A stretch of 64,000 nt of DNA. Origin: Chthonomonadales bacterium (GTDB taxonomy: Bacteria; Armatimonadota; Chthonomonadetes; Chthonomonadales; CAJBBX01). This document shows, in pieces, positions 9,516 through 19,067 of the stretch. The stretch is taken from the NCBI GenBank assembly GCA_012517255.1, contig JAAYVH010000044.1, positions 2,295 through 66,294 on the forward strand, read 5' to 3'. A program made the translations under genes and the position numbers. How positions within the stretch are numbered: the first letter of the stretch is position 1; each line of letters starts with the position of its first letter. The notes beneath the pieces are model-generated. The model made no database searches. It worked only from the letters and a program-made list of their open reading frames with translations, and was not told where the DNA came from.

Positions 9516-11495
9516 TTACAGCGGTGTCACCACCTTGGCAACCAGACGGCTCACGAACGAGTCGGCATTCGGGTCGCCGAGGATGAGAAAGTACTCGGTA
9601 CCGCCGTAACCCGACTTGCGATAGCTGAGGTAGCCGTTGGTGCCGCTGCGCCGTCGGATCAGCCTGCCGCCGAGAGCCTGATCCCGGGCGATGTCGTAGG
9701 CGAGAGTCAGGATGTGCTGTTCGCGGGTGCCGTTGCGCCGAACTACTTCCGATGAGAGACCTGCCGACAGACGATCGAAGAATCGCCACGTCACCGAGGG
9801 TCCGAACAGGCTGTAGTTCGAGCCCTGAATGCGGCCGGTTGCGGCCCTCAGCGCTCCGTAGCGGAACTGCTCTCCGGCGGGGTACTTGAGGTTCACGGAA
9901 AACCGTCGGTCGTATTGTCCTTCGAACGTGCCGGAGCTGACCTCGGCCCCCAGCGCCCACTGGCTAGCCGTTTCGAAGTCGCTTTCAACCGAGATCTGAT
10001 CGCGGAAGCTCGATCCGTCCAGATGGTCGTACTTGTCGAAGCGAAGTTCGAACGAGCCGCTCCGGAACGGTCCGCTGCGCCACTTCGACCAGTAGCCGAT
10101 CTGTGTTGCCGCGCCCTTCTGATCGAGAAAACTGACATAGCCGTTGCGCGCGCGCAGATTGCGACTGGTCTGCTCGTAGTTAATGCTGCCGTACCATCCC
10201 AGCGAGCCCCAATAGAGCCAGATGTCCGTCATCTCGCCCGGTCCCGTCGTGTCGGCGGACTTGCCATAGGCGCCCTGCAGCATCCAGTCGCCTCGGCGTA
10301 TGCGCCCCACGGCGACGCCGATCTGATTGTTGATGCCGGCGCCCGTGCTGCTCACTCCCTGCAACGTCAGCGTGTCGAACGGCGAGAACTGATGCCGCAC
10401 GTTCACTACGGCATCGGTCTTGCCGCCGCCGTCGAAACCGGCCATCACCCCGAGGTCGGTGCTTGCGCCCACCCTGCCGAATAGCTTGGCTCCGGCATCG
10501 AGCGCGCCGAGCCGGACGCTGGCGAACGGGCGCACGCTGTAGAGCGGCGACTTCACATAGTCGCCGCCTTCGAGGAAGAAGGGTCTCCGCTCGTCGGGCA
10601 GGATCTCCGAATACGAGAAGTCAATGCTCGTCACGGCGCCCTCGACGTTGGAGAAGTCCGGGTTCAGCGTGAACACGCCGGTGAATGAGGGATTGAAGCG
10701 GTAGCGCGCATCCAGTCCGGCTCGTGCGGCTGCGGTGCCGTCATCATAGCCGCCATAGGCATAGAGAAGCGCGGACAGCGGCCTTTCCGCAGGGACCGGC
10801 GGCAGGACCACGCCGACCCATTGTCCGCCAAGCTCTCGCCGCTCGTGTCTGCCGAGGTTGCTCCAGTAGGACTTGATCTGTGTGCGGGCCTGGTATCGGT
10901 CAAAGTTAATGCCGATCGTGGTGGGTTTCCCGTCCGACGGTGGCCGCACGAAGCACGTCCAGGGCACCGCCATCTCGGCGATCCATCCATCCTCCACGAT
11001 CCGAGCGGCGCCCTGCCACGCTCCCTCCCACTCCTGCTTGTTGGCGCGCCCGCCGGCGAACTCGGCCATCTGGGTGCCGAGGGCGTTGAGGTTGATCTCG
11101 CTCTCGTCTTCCTGGCGCTTGCTGTTGAACGGGTTCACCCGTAGCCGAACACGATCTTCCCTGAAGAACTCGGCTCCGCGCTTGGTCTCCTGAGCGATGA
11201 TGCCAGCGGGATTGGCATCGAGGGCATGGAACGCTGCATAGATCGCGATGTCGTCGTAGCCGATCCAGACAATGGTCTGATCCTTCACCGGCGTGCCCAG
11301 CATCTCATCGGTGAATCCCGATGTCGGCTCGATGCTCTTCCAGCATGCGTCGTCGAGCTTGCCGTCAATCGTCGGCGGCGCCGACACGCGCACTGCCTGC
11401 AGTTCGCGCCGGACAGTCGAGTCGGCAAGACTGGGAGTGATGAGCATGGGCGTCATCAACGACAGGACACACAGCAGTTGGAGGCGCAGAATCAC
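9516..11495 (-). CDS. Secreted CBM9/DOMON-like domain plus large beta-rich domain protein (DUF5916-like, possible outer-membrane protein)
   Basis: ORF track 9516..11495 (659 aa). Signal peptide MILRLQLLCVLSLMTPMLITPSLA. The PPTIDGKLDDACW motif is typical of CBM9-like modules. Long region of alternating beta-strand character. Confidence 0.55.
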   Translation of the reverse strand: MILRLQLLCVLSLMTPMLITPSLADSTVRRELQAVRVSAPPTIDGKLDDACWKSIEPTSGFTDEMLGTPVKDQTIVWIGYDDIAIYAAFHALDANPAGIIAQETKRGAEFFREDRVRLRVNPFNSKRQEDESEINLNALGTQMAEFAGGRANKQEWEGAWQGAARIVEDGWIAEMAVPWTCFVRPPSDGKPTTIGINFDRYQARTQIKSYWSNLGRHERRELGGQWVGVVLPPVPAERPLSALLYAYGGYDDGTAAARAGLDARYRFNPSFTGVFTLNPDFSNVEGAVTSIDFSYSEILPDERRPFFLEGGDYVKSPLYSVRPFASVRLGALDAGAKLFGRVGASTDLGVMAGFDGGGKTDAVVNVRHQFSPFDTLTLQGVSSTGAGINNQIGVAVGRIRRGDWMLQGAYGKSADTTGPGEMTDIWLYWGSLGWYGSINYEQTSRNLRARNGYVSFLDQKGAATQIGYWSKWRSGPFRSGSFELRFDKYDHLDGSSFRDQISVESDFETASQWALGAEVSSGTFEGQYDRRFSVNLKYPAGEQFRYGALRAATGRIQGSNYSLFGPSVTWRFFDRLSAGLSSEVVRRNGTREQHILTLAYDIARDQALGGRLIRRRSGTNGYLSYRKSGYGGTEYFLILGDPNADSFVSRLVAKVVTPL

Positions 11496-11512
11496 GATAC
11501 TCCGTTGGGGGA

Positions 11513-12328
11513 TTGCCGGGCCAAGCGACCCAAGACTGTTTACCTCATTCTCGGGCCGATCCAGACACGTGCCTTACGCGATTGGCAGCGCCAACCGATA
11601 TCGTGTCATCGCATGCAGGAATCTCCGCGACGAACGGCCTATTGGATACAGGTTGGGAAACGACCCGTAACCAGACGAAGGGACTGTACGCATCCATCCT
11701 TCCCTCTGTCTCTCCGGCAACCAGGGTCAGCTTTGATTGGACCTGCGGGAACGCGCACGGAGTGCTGAAGAGCGACTCCGGCCAGTCCGCCCCCTTCACA
11801 ACCTCAAGCTCCTATGTCGCCTTCTACGCAGGGGACAGCCCGGGCTCGGACACGGCAAGCGTGACCGCGTACCGTGAACTGACGGGCGGCAAGCGCATTC
11901 CAATCGGGACGGCAACGCGCACGATCCAGGTCCGCGATCCGAACGCGTCTGTGCGCAAACTAAGCTACATCGCCAGCGACTGGACGCTGGTCAGCACAAC
12001 GCGCCCCTACAGGTGGCATGCCGCGCTGGGAGTCTGGGCGGTTTGGAAGCTCGACCCGAACGCCTCCGGCTATTTGATCTACGAGACCGTCAACGGCGTC
12101 GAGCTGCCTCCCTATTACAAACCCGTGTCTGCCCTGTTGCGTGCAGACGCCATCCCGGGCTGCCGCGACGACGAAGGCGGCATCATGTGCGGCGGGGCCG
12201 CGCGCTCATGGGAACAGGACATCTACGATCCGGACCCGGTGAAACCGCCGTGGACCGGCTGGACCGACGATGACATGCGAATCTTCAACGAGGGGATGGC
12301 GAAGCAGATACGGGTCGTGGCGCAGTAG
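11513..12328 (+). CDS. Hypothetical protein (start uncertain)
   Basis: ORF track 11513..12328 begins on a TTG only 18 nt from the divergent gene start. The first ~60 codons look less coding-like, and no recognisable motifs were seen. Confidence 0.35.
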   Translation: MPGQATQDCLPHSRADPDTCLTRLAAPTDIVSSHAGISATNGLLDTGWETTRNQTKGLYASILPSVSPATRVSFDWTCGNAHGVLKSDSGQSAPFTTSSSYVAFYAGDSPGSDTASVTAYRELTGGKRIPIGTATRTIQVRDPNASVRKLSYIASDWTLVSTTRPYRWHAALGVWAVWKLDPNASGYLIYETVNGVELPPYYKPVSALLRADAIPGCRDDEGGIMCGGAARSWEQDIYDPDPVKPPWTGWTDDDMRIFNEGMAKQIRVVAQ

Positions 12329-12465
12329 CGCACACTCAGGCGCGTGATTCGGCAAGCGACCACGGGCCGTACAGATGATGTAGTGACGAGGGCCTGACGC
12401 TCCGCAGGGTCGGACGTGAGGGTCACGATGGCGGGTTGCCGGGGGACTCGCCGTCCTCGGATTCC

Positions 12466-12507
12466 GGAGGCTCTGCGACAGCCGCTCGACGCCGTCGCAG
12501 AGCCTCC
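12466..12507. terminator. Long perfect hairpin between convergent genes
   Basis: 14-bp inverted repeat GGAGGCTCTGCGAC / GTCGCAGAGCCTCC (12466-12479 and 12494-12507) with a 14-nt loop, located between the stop at 12328 (+) and the stop at 12533 (-). No U-tract. Confidence 0.35.
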
Positions 12508-12532
12508 GTCGTGTCCGTGATATGAAGCGTAT

Positions 12533-13369
12533 CTACTGCGGTCCGGGACCTCTTCGGGCTCCGCCTGCGCCGGGTTGCCCGCCCGGACGGCCCATGCGTC
12601 CGCCGGGCGCTCCGGGACCGCCCATGCGTCCGCCGGGACCACCCATACCGGGGCCCCCCATGCCGGGCCCGCCGAACTGGCGCCGTGGATGCTCCTTCTC
12701 CCACTTCTCCACGGCAGCCTTCTGCTGGGCGTTCAGAACCCCCATAGCTTCCTTCCGGGCCGCGTCCCGCAACTGGCCCATCTGCTGAAAGGCCAGACCC
12801 GGGTCACCGCTCTGTTGCATCTCGGCGAACGCCTTCTGCTGCTTGAGGCTCCGCGCCTTGCCGATGCCGTCCAGTTTGGCGAGTTGGGCTGCCGTCAGCT
12901 TCAGCGAGCCCGCCAGAGACATGGGCAAACCCGCGCCGCGGAGTGCGTGCATCTCCTTCAGCATTGCGGGCACGGCCTTACGCTGGGCCGGCGTAAGCAC
13001 GGCGCTGATCTCGGCATCCGCCTTCTTCATGCGCGCCTCGAACTTCGGCATGGCGGCCTGGATCGCCTTCTGGTCCGGTCGCTGTCCACGCTCAGCCCGG
13101 GGGAAGAGTCCGCGCACGTCCTGCCCGGCCTTCTCTTGAATCGCGGCGATCTTTTTCTCCTGATCCTCGGAGAGCTTGAACACCGCCTTCAGCGTAGCCG
13201 ATGGGGTCATCGAGAGGGTCAGCGGTCTGTCCATCATGCGCATGCCCGGCATGCGCATACCGCCGGGGCGACCGCCGCCGGCTCGCTGCTGCCCTCCGGG
13301 CCTGCCGGGCTGGGCCATGGCTGACGACGCCATGACGAGGACGGCACACCCGATCAACACTCTGTTCAT
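12533..13369 (-). CDS. Periplasmic LTxxQ-repeat (Spy/CpxP-like) protein with a Gly/Pro/Met-rich C-terminal tail
   Basis: ORF track 12533..13420, with the start trimmed to the ATG at 13369 (MNRVLIGCAVLVMASSAMAQ signal peptide; GAAGGGA RBS). Repeated L(T/S)xxQ-type helices (KLSEDQEKK, VLTPAQRKA, KLTAAQLAK, VLNAQQKAA). Tail GGPGMGGPGMGGPGGRMGGPGAPGGRMGRPGG. Confidence 0.5.
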   Translation of the reverse strand: MNRVLIGCAVLVMASSAMAQPGRPGGQQRAGGGRPGGMRMPGMRMMDRPLTLSMTPSATLKAVFKLSEDQEKKIAAIQEKAGQDVRGLFPRAERGQRPDQKAIQAAMPKFEARMKKADAEISAVLTPAQRKAVPAMLKEMHALRGAGLPMSLAGSLKLTAAQLAKLDGIGKARSLKQQKAFAEMQQSGDPGLAFQQMGQLRDAARKEAMGVLNAQQKAAVEKWEKEHPRRQFGGPGMGGPGMGGPGGRMGGPGAPGGRMGRPGGQPGAGGARRGPGPQ

Positions 13370-13574
13370 CGTTCGGTTCCCTTCATGAGAAGCCGCACCC
13401 GATACCGTACGACGCGACAACGGATGCGTAGCCTGTTACTATAGACCGCAGGCGGGCGCATTCGGGAACACCTGACCCTTCGCGGCAGCATTTATGACGA
13501 TGCCCGATATGGCTGAGTGTTTTGGCGCCGATGATTCGTCTAATCGGTCATAGAAGCGCAAAGGGAGGCGGCGC

Positions 13575-14159
13575 GTGCATGGCGTGAAGGCGCAGCACGC
13601 GGCAGACGGTCAACCTGAACAGACCGTCTCCGACAAGGAGCTGATGATTCGATGCCGGGCGGGGGATCGCCTCGCGCTCGAACGGCTCCTGACGCCCTAC
13701 GAGAAGCCGCTCTACCATCTTTGCCTCGGCATCCTACGCAATGCCGCCGACGCCGAGGATGCGGTGCAGGAGACCTTCCTGCGGGCTATGCGCGGATTGG
13801 CCGGATTTCGAGGCGAAGCCTCAGTCCGAACCTGGTTACAGAGGATCGCGGTGAACGTGTGCATCGAATGGAAACGCTCTCGCAAGCCGACGGCGCCCAT
13901 GGAGGCGGCCGAGCGAATGGCCAGCACGAGCCCGGATCTTGAGGAGACCACGATCCGCCATCGGCTCGCGCTCGATGCCCTCGGGGTCCTGACCGAAGCG
14001 CAGCGCGCCGCGCTGATCCTCAAAGACGTGCAGGGCCTGAGCGTGGAAGAGATCGCGGCCACCATGAGCTGGAATGCGAAGAAGGTCGAAAACGAGCTCT
14101 ACCGGGCGAGGAAGGCGTTGGCCGTGTGGCGAGCCAGGACCATCGAGGCGGAGGGCTGA
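13575..14159 (+). CDS. ECF-type RNA polymerase sigma factor (sigma-70 family)
   Basis: ORF track 13575..14159 (194 aa). Region 2 (LYHLCLGILRNAADAEDAVQETFLRA) and region 4 HTH (LSVEEIAATMSWNAKKVENELYRARKAL). Confidence 0.85.
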   Translation: MHGVKAQHAADGQPEQTVSDKELMIRCRAGDRLALERLLTPYEKPLYHLCLGILRNAADAEDAVQETFLRAMRGLAGFRGEASVRTWLQRIAVNVCIEWKRSRKPTAPMEAAERMASTSPDLEETTIRHRLALDALGVLTEAQRAALILKDVQGLSVEEIAATMSWNAKKVENELYRARKALAVWRARTIEAEG

Positions 14160-14160
14160 C

Positions 14161-15315
14161 ATGGCAGAGACAGAGCCCCTGACTCCCGGTGAGATTGCCG
14201 ACATACTGGCCGGTCTGGAGGACGCGCCGGTGCCCGAGCGAATGGCGCGGCGCGCAGTGAACCGCTGGATCGAGGAGTCGCGCCGCGAGCGTCCGCGGGG
14301 CCGATGGGCAACCGTGCTGAGCTTCCCCGGACTCCGACCGGCGCTGGCCCTGGCAGCCGCAGCGGCGCTGGTGGTGGTGATCCGCGGTCGCCTCGGCGAC
14401 GAGGCGGCTCCGCCCATACAAACCCCAAAGGCAGCCGAACGCGCTGAAAGGGCGGACGCGCCCACTCTACAGAACACCACGGCGCAGAAGGCGCAAGGCG
14501 AGAAGCGTGAGGCGAGAGGCAAGCGGCTAGAGGAGAGGGCTGAGGCGAAGGGGGCAGCCGGTCCGGGACGAGCGGCCACCGCCGGAAGCGCGCCTGCTCC
14601 GCCTGCCGCCGGTTTCGCCGACAGGCCGGCGGCGCCGTTAGCTGAGCGGGATGTTGCGCCGCCTGCACGGAAGGTGCAGGCTCCCGAGTCGGCCCCTGTG
14701 CCTGCGGTGAGCGAGAGAATGGCGCTCAGGGCAGCCCGGACGCCGGAAGCCCCAAGCGCTGACGTTGCCTATCTCAATCGTACCGAACCGCTCAGCCGCG
14801 ATCTCGTCAAGGACTCCTCCGTGGGCGACGCGCGTCTCCTGCAGAGGATCACACTGGCCGAGGACGAGATCGCTCTGGCGGATCTCGCCGGCAAGATCGG
14901 CGCAACCACGGGCGTCGCCATCGTTCTATCGGAGGCAATCGCCACCGAGCCCCTGGCGGTCCATTGCGAGGATAGGCCGTTGCGCGAGGTGATGCGCCAG
15001 ATGGGACGCGCGCTGGGCATCCGCTGGGAGCTGTCACATCAGGGCGACGCAATCCGCTATGCCGCACGACCGATCGCCGAAGCCGAGGAGACGCGCGCCT
15101 CGGACGATTCCGCCGCCCGATCGGCGCCGGCGGGTCTCGGCGGGGGAATGATGCGCGCGGGCCGGGCCCCGGCGGCCATGCAGGCCGACAGCAGTAAGAG
15201 ACGCGACGTCGAAACACGCAACATCATAGGCTCGCCCGAACGCGTCCGGGCTCTGCGTCAGGGGGTCGCGCCTCCGGACGCCGTACAGACCGAAGGTTGG
15301 ATCATCGTTCGATAG
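14161..15315 (+). CDS. Putative membrane-spanning anti-sigma factor
   Basis: ORF track 14074..15315, with the start trimmed to the ATG at 14161, 1 nt after the sigma-factor stop. Short cytoplasmic N-terminus, one TM segment (ALALAAAAALVVVI), an Ala/Pro-rich linker and a folded C-terminal domain. Function inferred from position only. Confidence 0.5.
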   Translation: MAETEPLTPGEIADILAGLEDAPVPERMARRAVNRWIEESRRERPRGRWATVLSFPGLRPALALAAAAALVVVIRGRLGDEAAPPIQTPKAAERAERADAPTLQNTTAQKAQGEKREARGKRLEERAEAKGAAGPGRAATAGSAPAPPAAGFADRPAAPLAERDVAPPARKVQAPESAPVPAVSERMALRAARTPEAPSADVAYLNRTEPLSRDLVKDSSVGDARLLQRITLAEDEIALADLAGKIGATTGVAIVLSEAIATEPLAVHCEDRPLREVMRQMGRALGIRWELSHQGDAIRYAARPIAEAEETRASDDSAARSAPAGLGGGMMRAGRAPAAMQADSSKRRDVETRNIIGSPERVRALRQGVAPPDAVQTEGWIIVR

Positions 15316-15363
15316 CTTGGCCCTGCAGCCGTGGCGGCCTCGGGGCAGAACGGAGAACGCATC

Positions 15364-17952
15364 ATGAACACACCGACATGGACCAGGGCAAGGATGTTCC
15401 GCTATGGAGGAGCGCTGGCGGCGCTGATCGTCCTCTCAGCCTGCGCCTCCATCCAGCGAGTCGGCGGACAGACGGGGCGCCGATCGGGATCCGCTCAGGC
15501 CGCGGCCAGGGCATCCCGTCAGGGCCAGGACGCCGTCACCGTCTCCCAGCAGGAGACGCCCGGCGCACTGCAGATACTCGACAAAGCAGGCAAGCCGGCC
15601 GGCTTCTGTCCGCTTCAGCACACCGACGTTGTCGCGGACATTGCGGGCTACGTGGCCCGCGTCACCGTGACGCAGCAGTTTGCCAACCCGTCGAAAGAAC
15701 CCATCGAGGCGATCTACACGTTCCCGCTGCCCGAGGACGCGGCCGTTGACGACATGACGATGGTCATCGGCAAGCGGGTTATCAAGGGGCAGATCATGCG
15801 GCGTGAAGACGCTCGTGTCGTCTACGAGGAGGCAAAGGCCCGCGGGCAGGCAGCGGCATTGCTGGATCAGGAGCGGCCCAACATCTTCACGCAGGCCGTG
15901 GCCAACATCATGCCCGGCAGCGACGTGAAGATCACCATCAGCTATGTGAACTTGCTCAAGTACGAAGAGGGCCGCTACGAGTTCACCTATCCCATGGTGG
16001 TCGGTCCGCGGTTCACGCCGAGCGGCGGCTATCGCAGGCCCGGCGAGAGGGGCGCGCCCAGCAAGGATAAGGTCATCTATGACGACCCCGGGAAGACCTC
16101 CGTCGTCACGGACGCCGACAAGATCACGCCGCCCATCACGCCGCCCGGAACGCGCGCCGGGCACGACATATCCGTCACAGTGAACCTCGACGCGGGCCTG
16201 CCGATTCAGGAGGTCAGGAGCGCCTTGCACAAGGTCACTGTGACTCCGAACGGCCCCAACCGCGCCCTAGTCAAGCTGCAAGATCAGAAGACCATCCCGA
16301 ACAAGGACTTCGTGCTCCGCTTCACGGCGGCTGGATCGCAGCTCGCAGAGGGAATCCTGACTTACGTCCGGCCGGGCTCGGATGATGGCTACTTCACCCT
16401 CATCATGCAGCCGCCGGCGGCTCCGCCGCAGGACATGGTCTCGCCGAAGGAGATGGTCTTCGTCATTGACCAGACTGGCTCGCAGAGCGGCTGGCCTATC
16501 AAGAAGGCCAAGGAGACCATGGCGCACTGTCTGAAGAACCTCAACCCCGGCGACACGTTCCAGCTCATAGGCTTCAACACCGAGGTCTTCCCCTGCTTTG
16601 AGGCCCCCGTGCCGGCCACGAAGGCGAACATCGAGAAGGCGCTCAAGTGGCTGGAGCCCATCGAGGGACAGGGCGGCACCGACATCCTCAAGTCGGTAGA
16701 CTACGCCCTCCAGATACCTCGCGATCCGGGGCGTCTGCGCATCGTCTGCTACCTGACCGACGGCTATGTCGGCAACGACATGCAGATCATCGAGTACATC
16801 GGCAAGCACCGCGGAGAGGCGCGCATGTTCCCCATCGGCATCGGCAACTCCGTGAACCGGTTCCTCATCGAGGGCATGGCCCGCGAGGGCAAGGGCGCCT
16901 CTGACTACGTGTTCCTCGACGCTCCGGGCGCCTACCATGCCGCGCGTTTCTATCGCAGGATCTCCTCGCCTCTGCTCCTGGACGTCTCCGTAGACTGGGG
17001 CGGACTGCCCGTTGAGGAAGTGTATCCCCGCCACATTCCCGACGTTTTCACCGCGCAGCCGGTCATTCTCAAGGGGCGCTACACGCGGGCAGCCGAGGGC
17101 TATATAACGGTCAGCGGGACGCTGCGCGGCCAGCCGTGGAGCCGCCGGATCAAGGTTAGCCTTCCCGATAAGGACGCCGACGGCGGCGCCATCTCAACGC
17201 TGTGGGCTCGCGAGAAGATCGAAGACCTCCAGCGCCAGGACTGGGTGGGAGCTCAGACGGGCAACCCCAACGGCGACATCAAGGATGCCATCGTGCGGGT
17301 CGCTCTCGAGCATCGGCTCATGAGTCAGTACACCTCATTCGTCGCCGTCGAGCAGAAGGTCGTCAACGTCGGCGGCAAGCAGCGCACGGTGGGTGTGCCG
17401 GTAGAGATGCCCGAAGGCGTCGCATACGAGGGAATCTTCGGCGAGTCGCGCGACAGGGGTGTTGCGCTCAAGATGGCGCGGTCAGCCGGACGGGCGCCTG
17501 CAATCGCTGGAGGACTCGGCGGAGCAGGCATGGCTTACTCGCTTGGCAGCCCTGCGGCCGCTGCACCCGCAAGCCGCGTGAAACTTCGATCCGACAGCGC
17601 GCCCAATGAAAGCCTCGAACAGGCCGCCGGCAAGAAGGTTCTGAGCGAAGAGGGTGAGAAGGCGCTGGAGCGCATGAAGCCCGAGCAGCGGCGCGCCGCT
17701 CTCCGGCAGGCCAAGCTCAGCAAGGAGCTTCGCGAGAGGCTGGCGAAGGGAGCCGCGGGCAAGCTGGAGATACAGGTGTGGCTCACCGATCTGCCCGCCG
17801 ACGGGCTGAAGAAGCTCAAGGAAGCCGGGTTCGTGCTCTCTGCTGAACTGCGCCCAAAGAAACTGCTGCTGGGCACGATCGCTGTTGAGAAGCTCGATGC
17901 GCTCCTTGCGCTCGACTTCGTCCGAGCGGTCGAGCTGCCCCGCATGCGCTGA
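15364..17952 (+). CDS. VIT domain + von Willebrand factor type A (vWA) domain protein
   Basis: ORF track 15331..17952, with the ATG at 15364 (MNTPTW...). VIT signature (VARVTVTQQFANPSKEPIEAIYTFPLPEDAAVDDMTMVIGKRVIKGQI...LLDQERPNIFTQAVANIMPG). vWA MIDAS-like VFVIDQTGSQSG. Confidence 0.8.
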   Translation: MNTPTWTRARMFRYGGALAALIVLSACASIQRVGGQTGRRSGSAQAAARASRQGQDAVTVSQQETPGALQILDKAGKPAGFCPLQHTDVVADIAGYVARVTVTQQFANPSKEPIEAIYTFPLPEDAAVDDMTMVIGKRVIKGQIMRREDARVVYEEAKARGQAAALLDQERPNIFTQAVANIMPGSDVKITISYVNLLKYEEGRYEFTYPMVVGPRFTPSGGYRRPGERGAPSKDKVIYDDPGKTSVVTDADKITPPITPPGTRAGHDISVTVNLDAGLPIQEVRSALHKVTVTPNGPNRALVKLQDQKTIPNKDFVLRFTAAGSQLAEGILTYVRPGSDDGYFTLIMQPPAAPPQDMVSPKEMVFVIDQTGSQSGWPIKKAKETMAHCLKNLNPGDTFQLIGFNTEVFPCFEAPVPATKANIEKALKWLEPIEGQGGTDILKSVDYALQIPRDPGRLRIVCYLTDGYVGNDMQIIEYIGKHRGEARMFPIGIGNSVNRFLIEGMAREGKGASDYVFLDAPGAYHAARFYRRISSPLLLDVSVDWGGLPVEEVYPRHIPDVFTAQPVILKGRYTRAAEGYITVSGTLRGQPWSRRIKVSLPDKDADGGAISTLWAREKIEDLQRQDWVGAQTGNPNGDIKDAIVRVALEHRLMSQYTSFVAVEQKVVNVGGKQRTVGVPVEMPEGVAYEGIFGESRDRGVALKMARSAGRAPAIAGGLGGAGMAYSLGSPAAAAPASRVKLRSDSAPNESLEQAAGKKVLSEEGEKALERMKPEQRRAALRQAKLSKELRERLAKGAAGKLEIQVWLTDLPADGLKKLKEAGFVLSAELRPKKLLLGTIAVEKLDALLALDFVRAVELPRMR

Positions 17953-17964
17953 GGGGATCAGGAA

Positions 17965-17991
17965 CGGGAGCGCGGAGCCACCGCGCTCCCG
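17965..17991 (+). terminator. Hairpin downstream of the VIT-vWA gene
   Basis: 11-bp inverted repeat CGGGAGCGCGG / CCGCGCTCCCG (17965-17975 and 17981-17991) with a 5-nt loop, 13 nt after the stop at 17952. No strong U-tract. Confidence 0.4.
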
Positions 17992-18128
17992 TAAGCGCCG
18001 GCGTCTCGCCGGCATGTTGCAGCTCCCACCGCACCATCGTCAGCGGTCCCCCGAACCAGCCCGCGTCAAGAAGGAGATACGAATCTCCGCACAGAACCTC
18101 CCTTCCATCAACCGGAGGTGACGATACG

Positions 18129-19061
18129 ATGGAACAGGAGACTGCGACCACTCGACGCGAGTTCGTGGCGGCTTCGGGCGCGCTGGCGCTCGGCCTGGCT
18201 GCGAGCGGCGCGGATGCACAGACGAAGACCTATCGCACGAAGCTGTACGGCGCCATGATCGTCGGCAAGCCCGACGAGGCTGCCCTGCGTCCGCTCAAGG
18301 AGGCCGGCTTCGAGGGCGTCGAGGCGGGCGTCATACACGAGGATGAAGCCCGAGAGTGCCGACGAATCGCCGAAAACATGGGCATGCGGATCCATTCGGT
18401 GCTGGCCGGATGGGACCCGGGCATTCTGGAGAAGGCGCTGCGCGCCGCGCACGCCTATGGGGCCGACGCGGTTCTCATCGTGCCCGGCGCCGTCCGCGGC
18501 ATGAAGATGCCCGAGCCGTGGGAACTGGACATCAAGTTCGACCCCAAGACCGGCTATCTGAAGCAAGTGGTGGCCGGCGACAACGCGCCCTACCGCGAGT
18601 ACATGGAGGCTCATGATCGAGCGACGGACAAGGCGCACGCCGACATCGGACCGCTGGTCGCTCTGGCTGCCGAGCTCAAGGTGGCGATCGCTCTGGAGAA
18701 CGTCTGGCACAACCTGTGGTCGCGCCCCGACCTGTTCAAGAACCTCGTGACATCGTTCAAGAGCCCGTGGGTCAAGGCCTACTTCGACGTGGGCAACCAT
18801 GTGAAGTATCTGGTGCCGCCTGAGGTCTGGATCCGCACGCTCGGCAGGCTCATCGCCAAAGTGCACATCAAGGACTACAAGCTCGCGCCCGACGGCCGCA
18901 GCGGGAGTTTCGTGCATCCGCGTGATGGCAGTGTCAACTGGCCCGCGGTGCGCAGCGCGCTGGAGGCCGCGCGCTACAACGGCTGGCTCACGATCGAAGA
19001 CGGGGGTCTTCCGCTGTCCGAGTTCCGCAAGCGCCTCGACGAGATCATCGCAGGCCGTTAG
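18129..19061 (+). CDS. Sugar phosphate isomerase/epimerase (xylose-isomerase-like TIM barrel) with a Tat-type signal
   Basis: ORF track 18129..19061 (310 aa). Twin-arginine-like N-terminus (TTRREFVAASGALALGLAASGADA). The VAIALENVWHN and HIKDY motifs are typical of the AP-endonuclease-2/TIM-barrel family. Confidence 0.75.
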   Translation: MEQETATTRREFVAASGALALGLAASGADAQTKTYRTKLYGAMIVGKPDEAALRPLKEAGFEGVEAGVIHEDEARECRRIAENMGMRIHSVLAGWDPGILEKALRAAHAYGADAVLIVPGAVRGMKMPEPWELDIKFDPKTGYLKQVVAGDNAPYREYMEAHDRATDKAHADIGPLVALAAELKVAIALENVWHNLWSRPDLFKNLVTSFKSPWVKAYFDVGNHVKYLVPPEVWIRTLGRLIAKVHIKDYKLAPDGRSGSFVHPRDGSVNWPAVRSALEAARYNGWLTIEDGGLPLSEFRKRLDEIIAGR

Positions 19062-19067
19062 GCGGGC

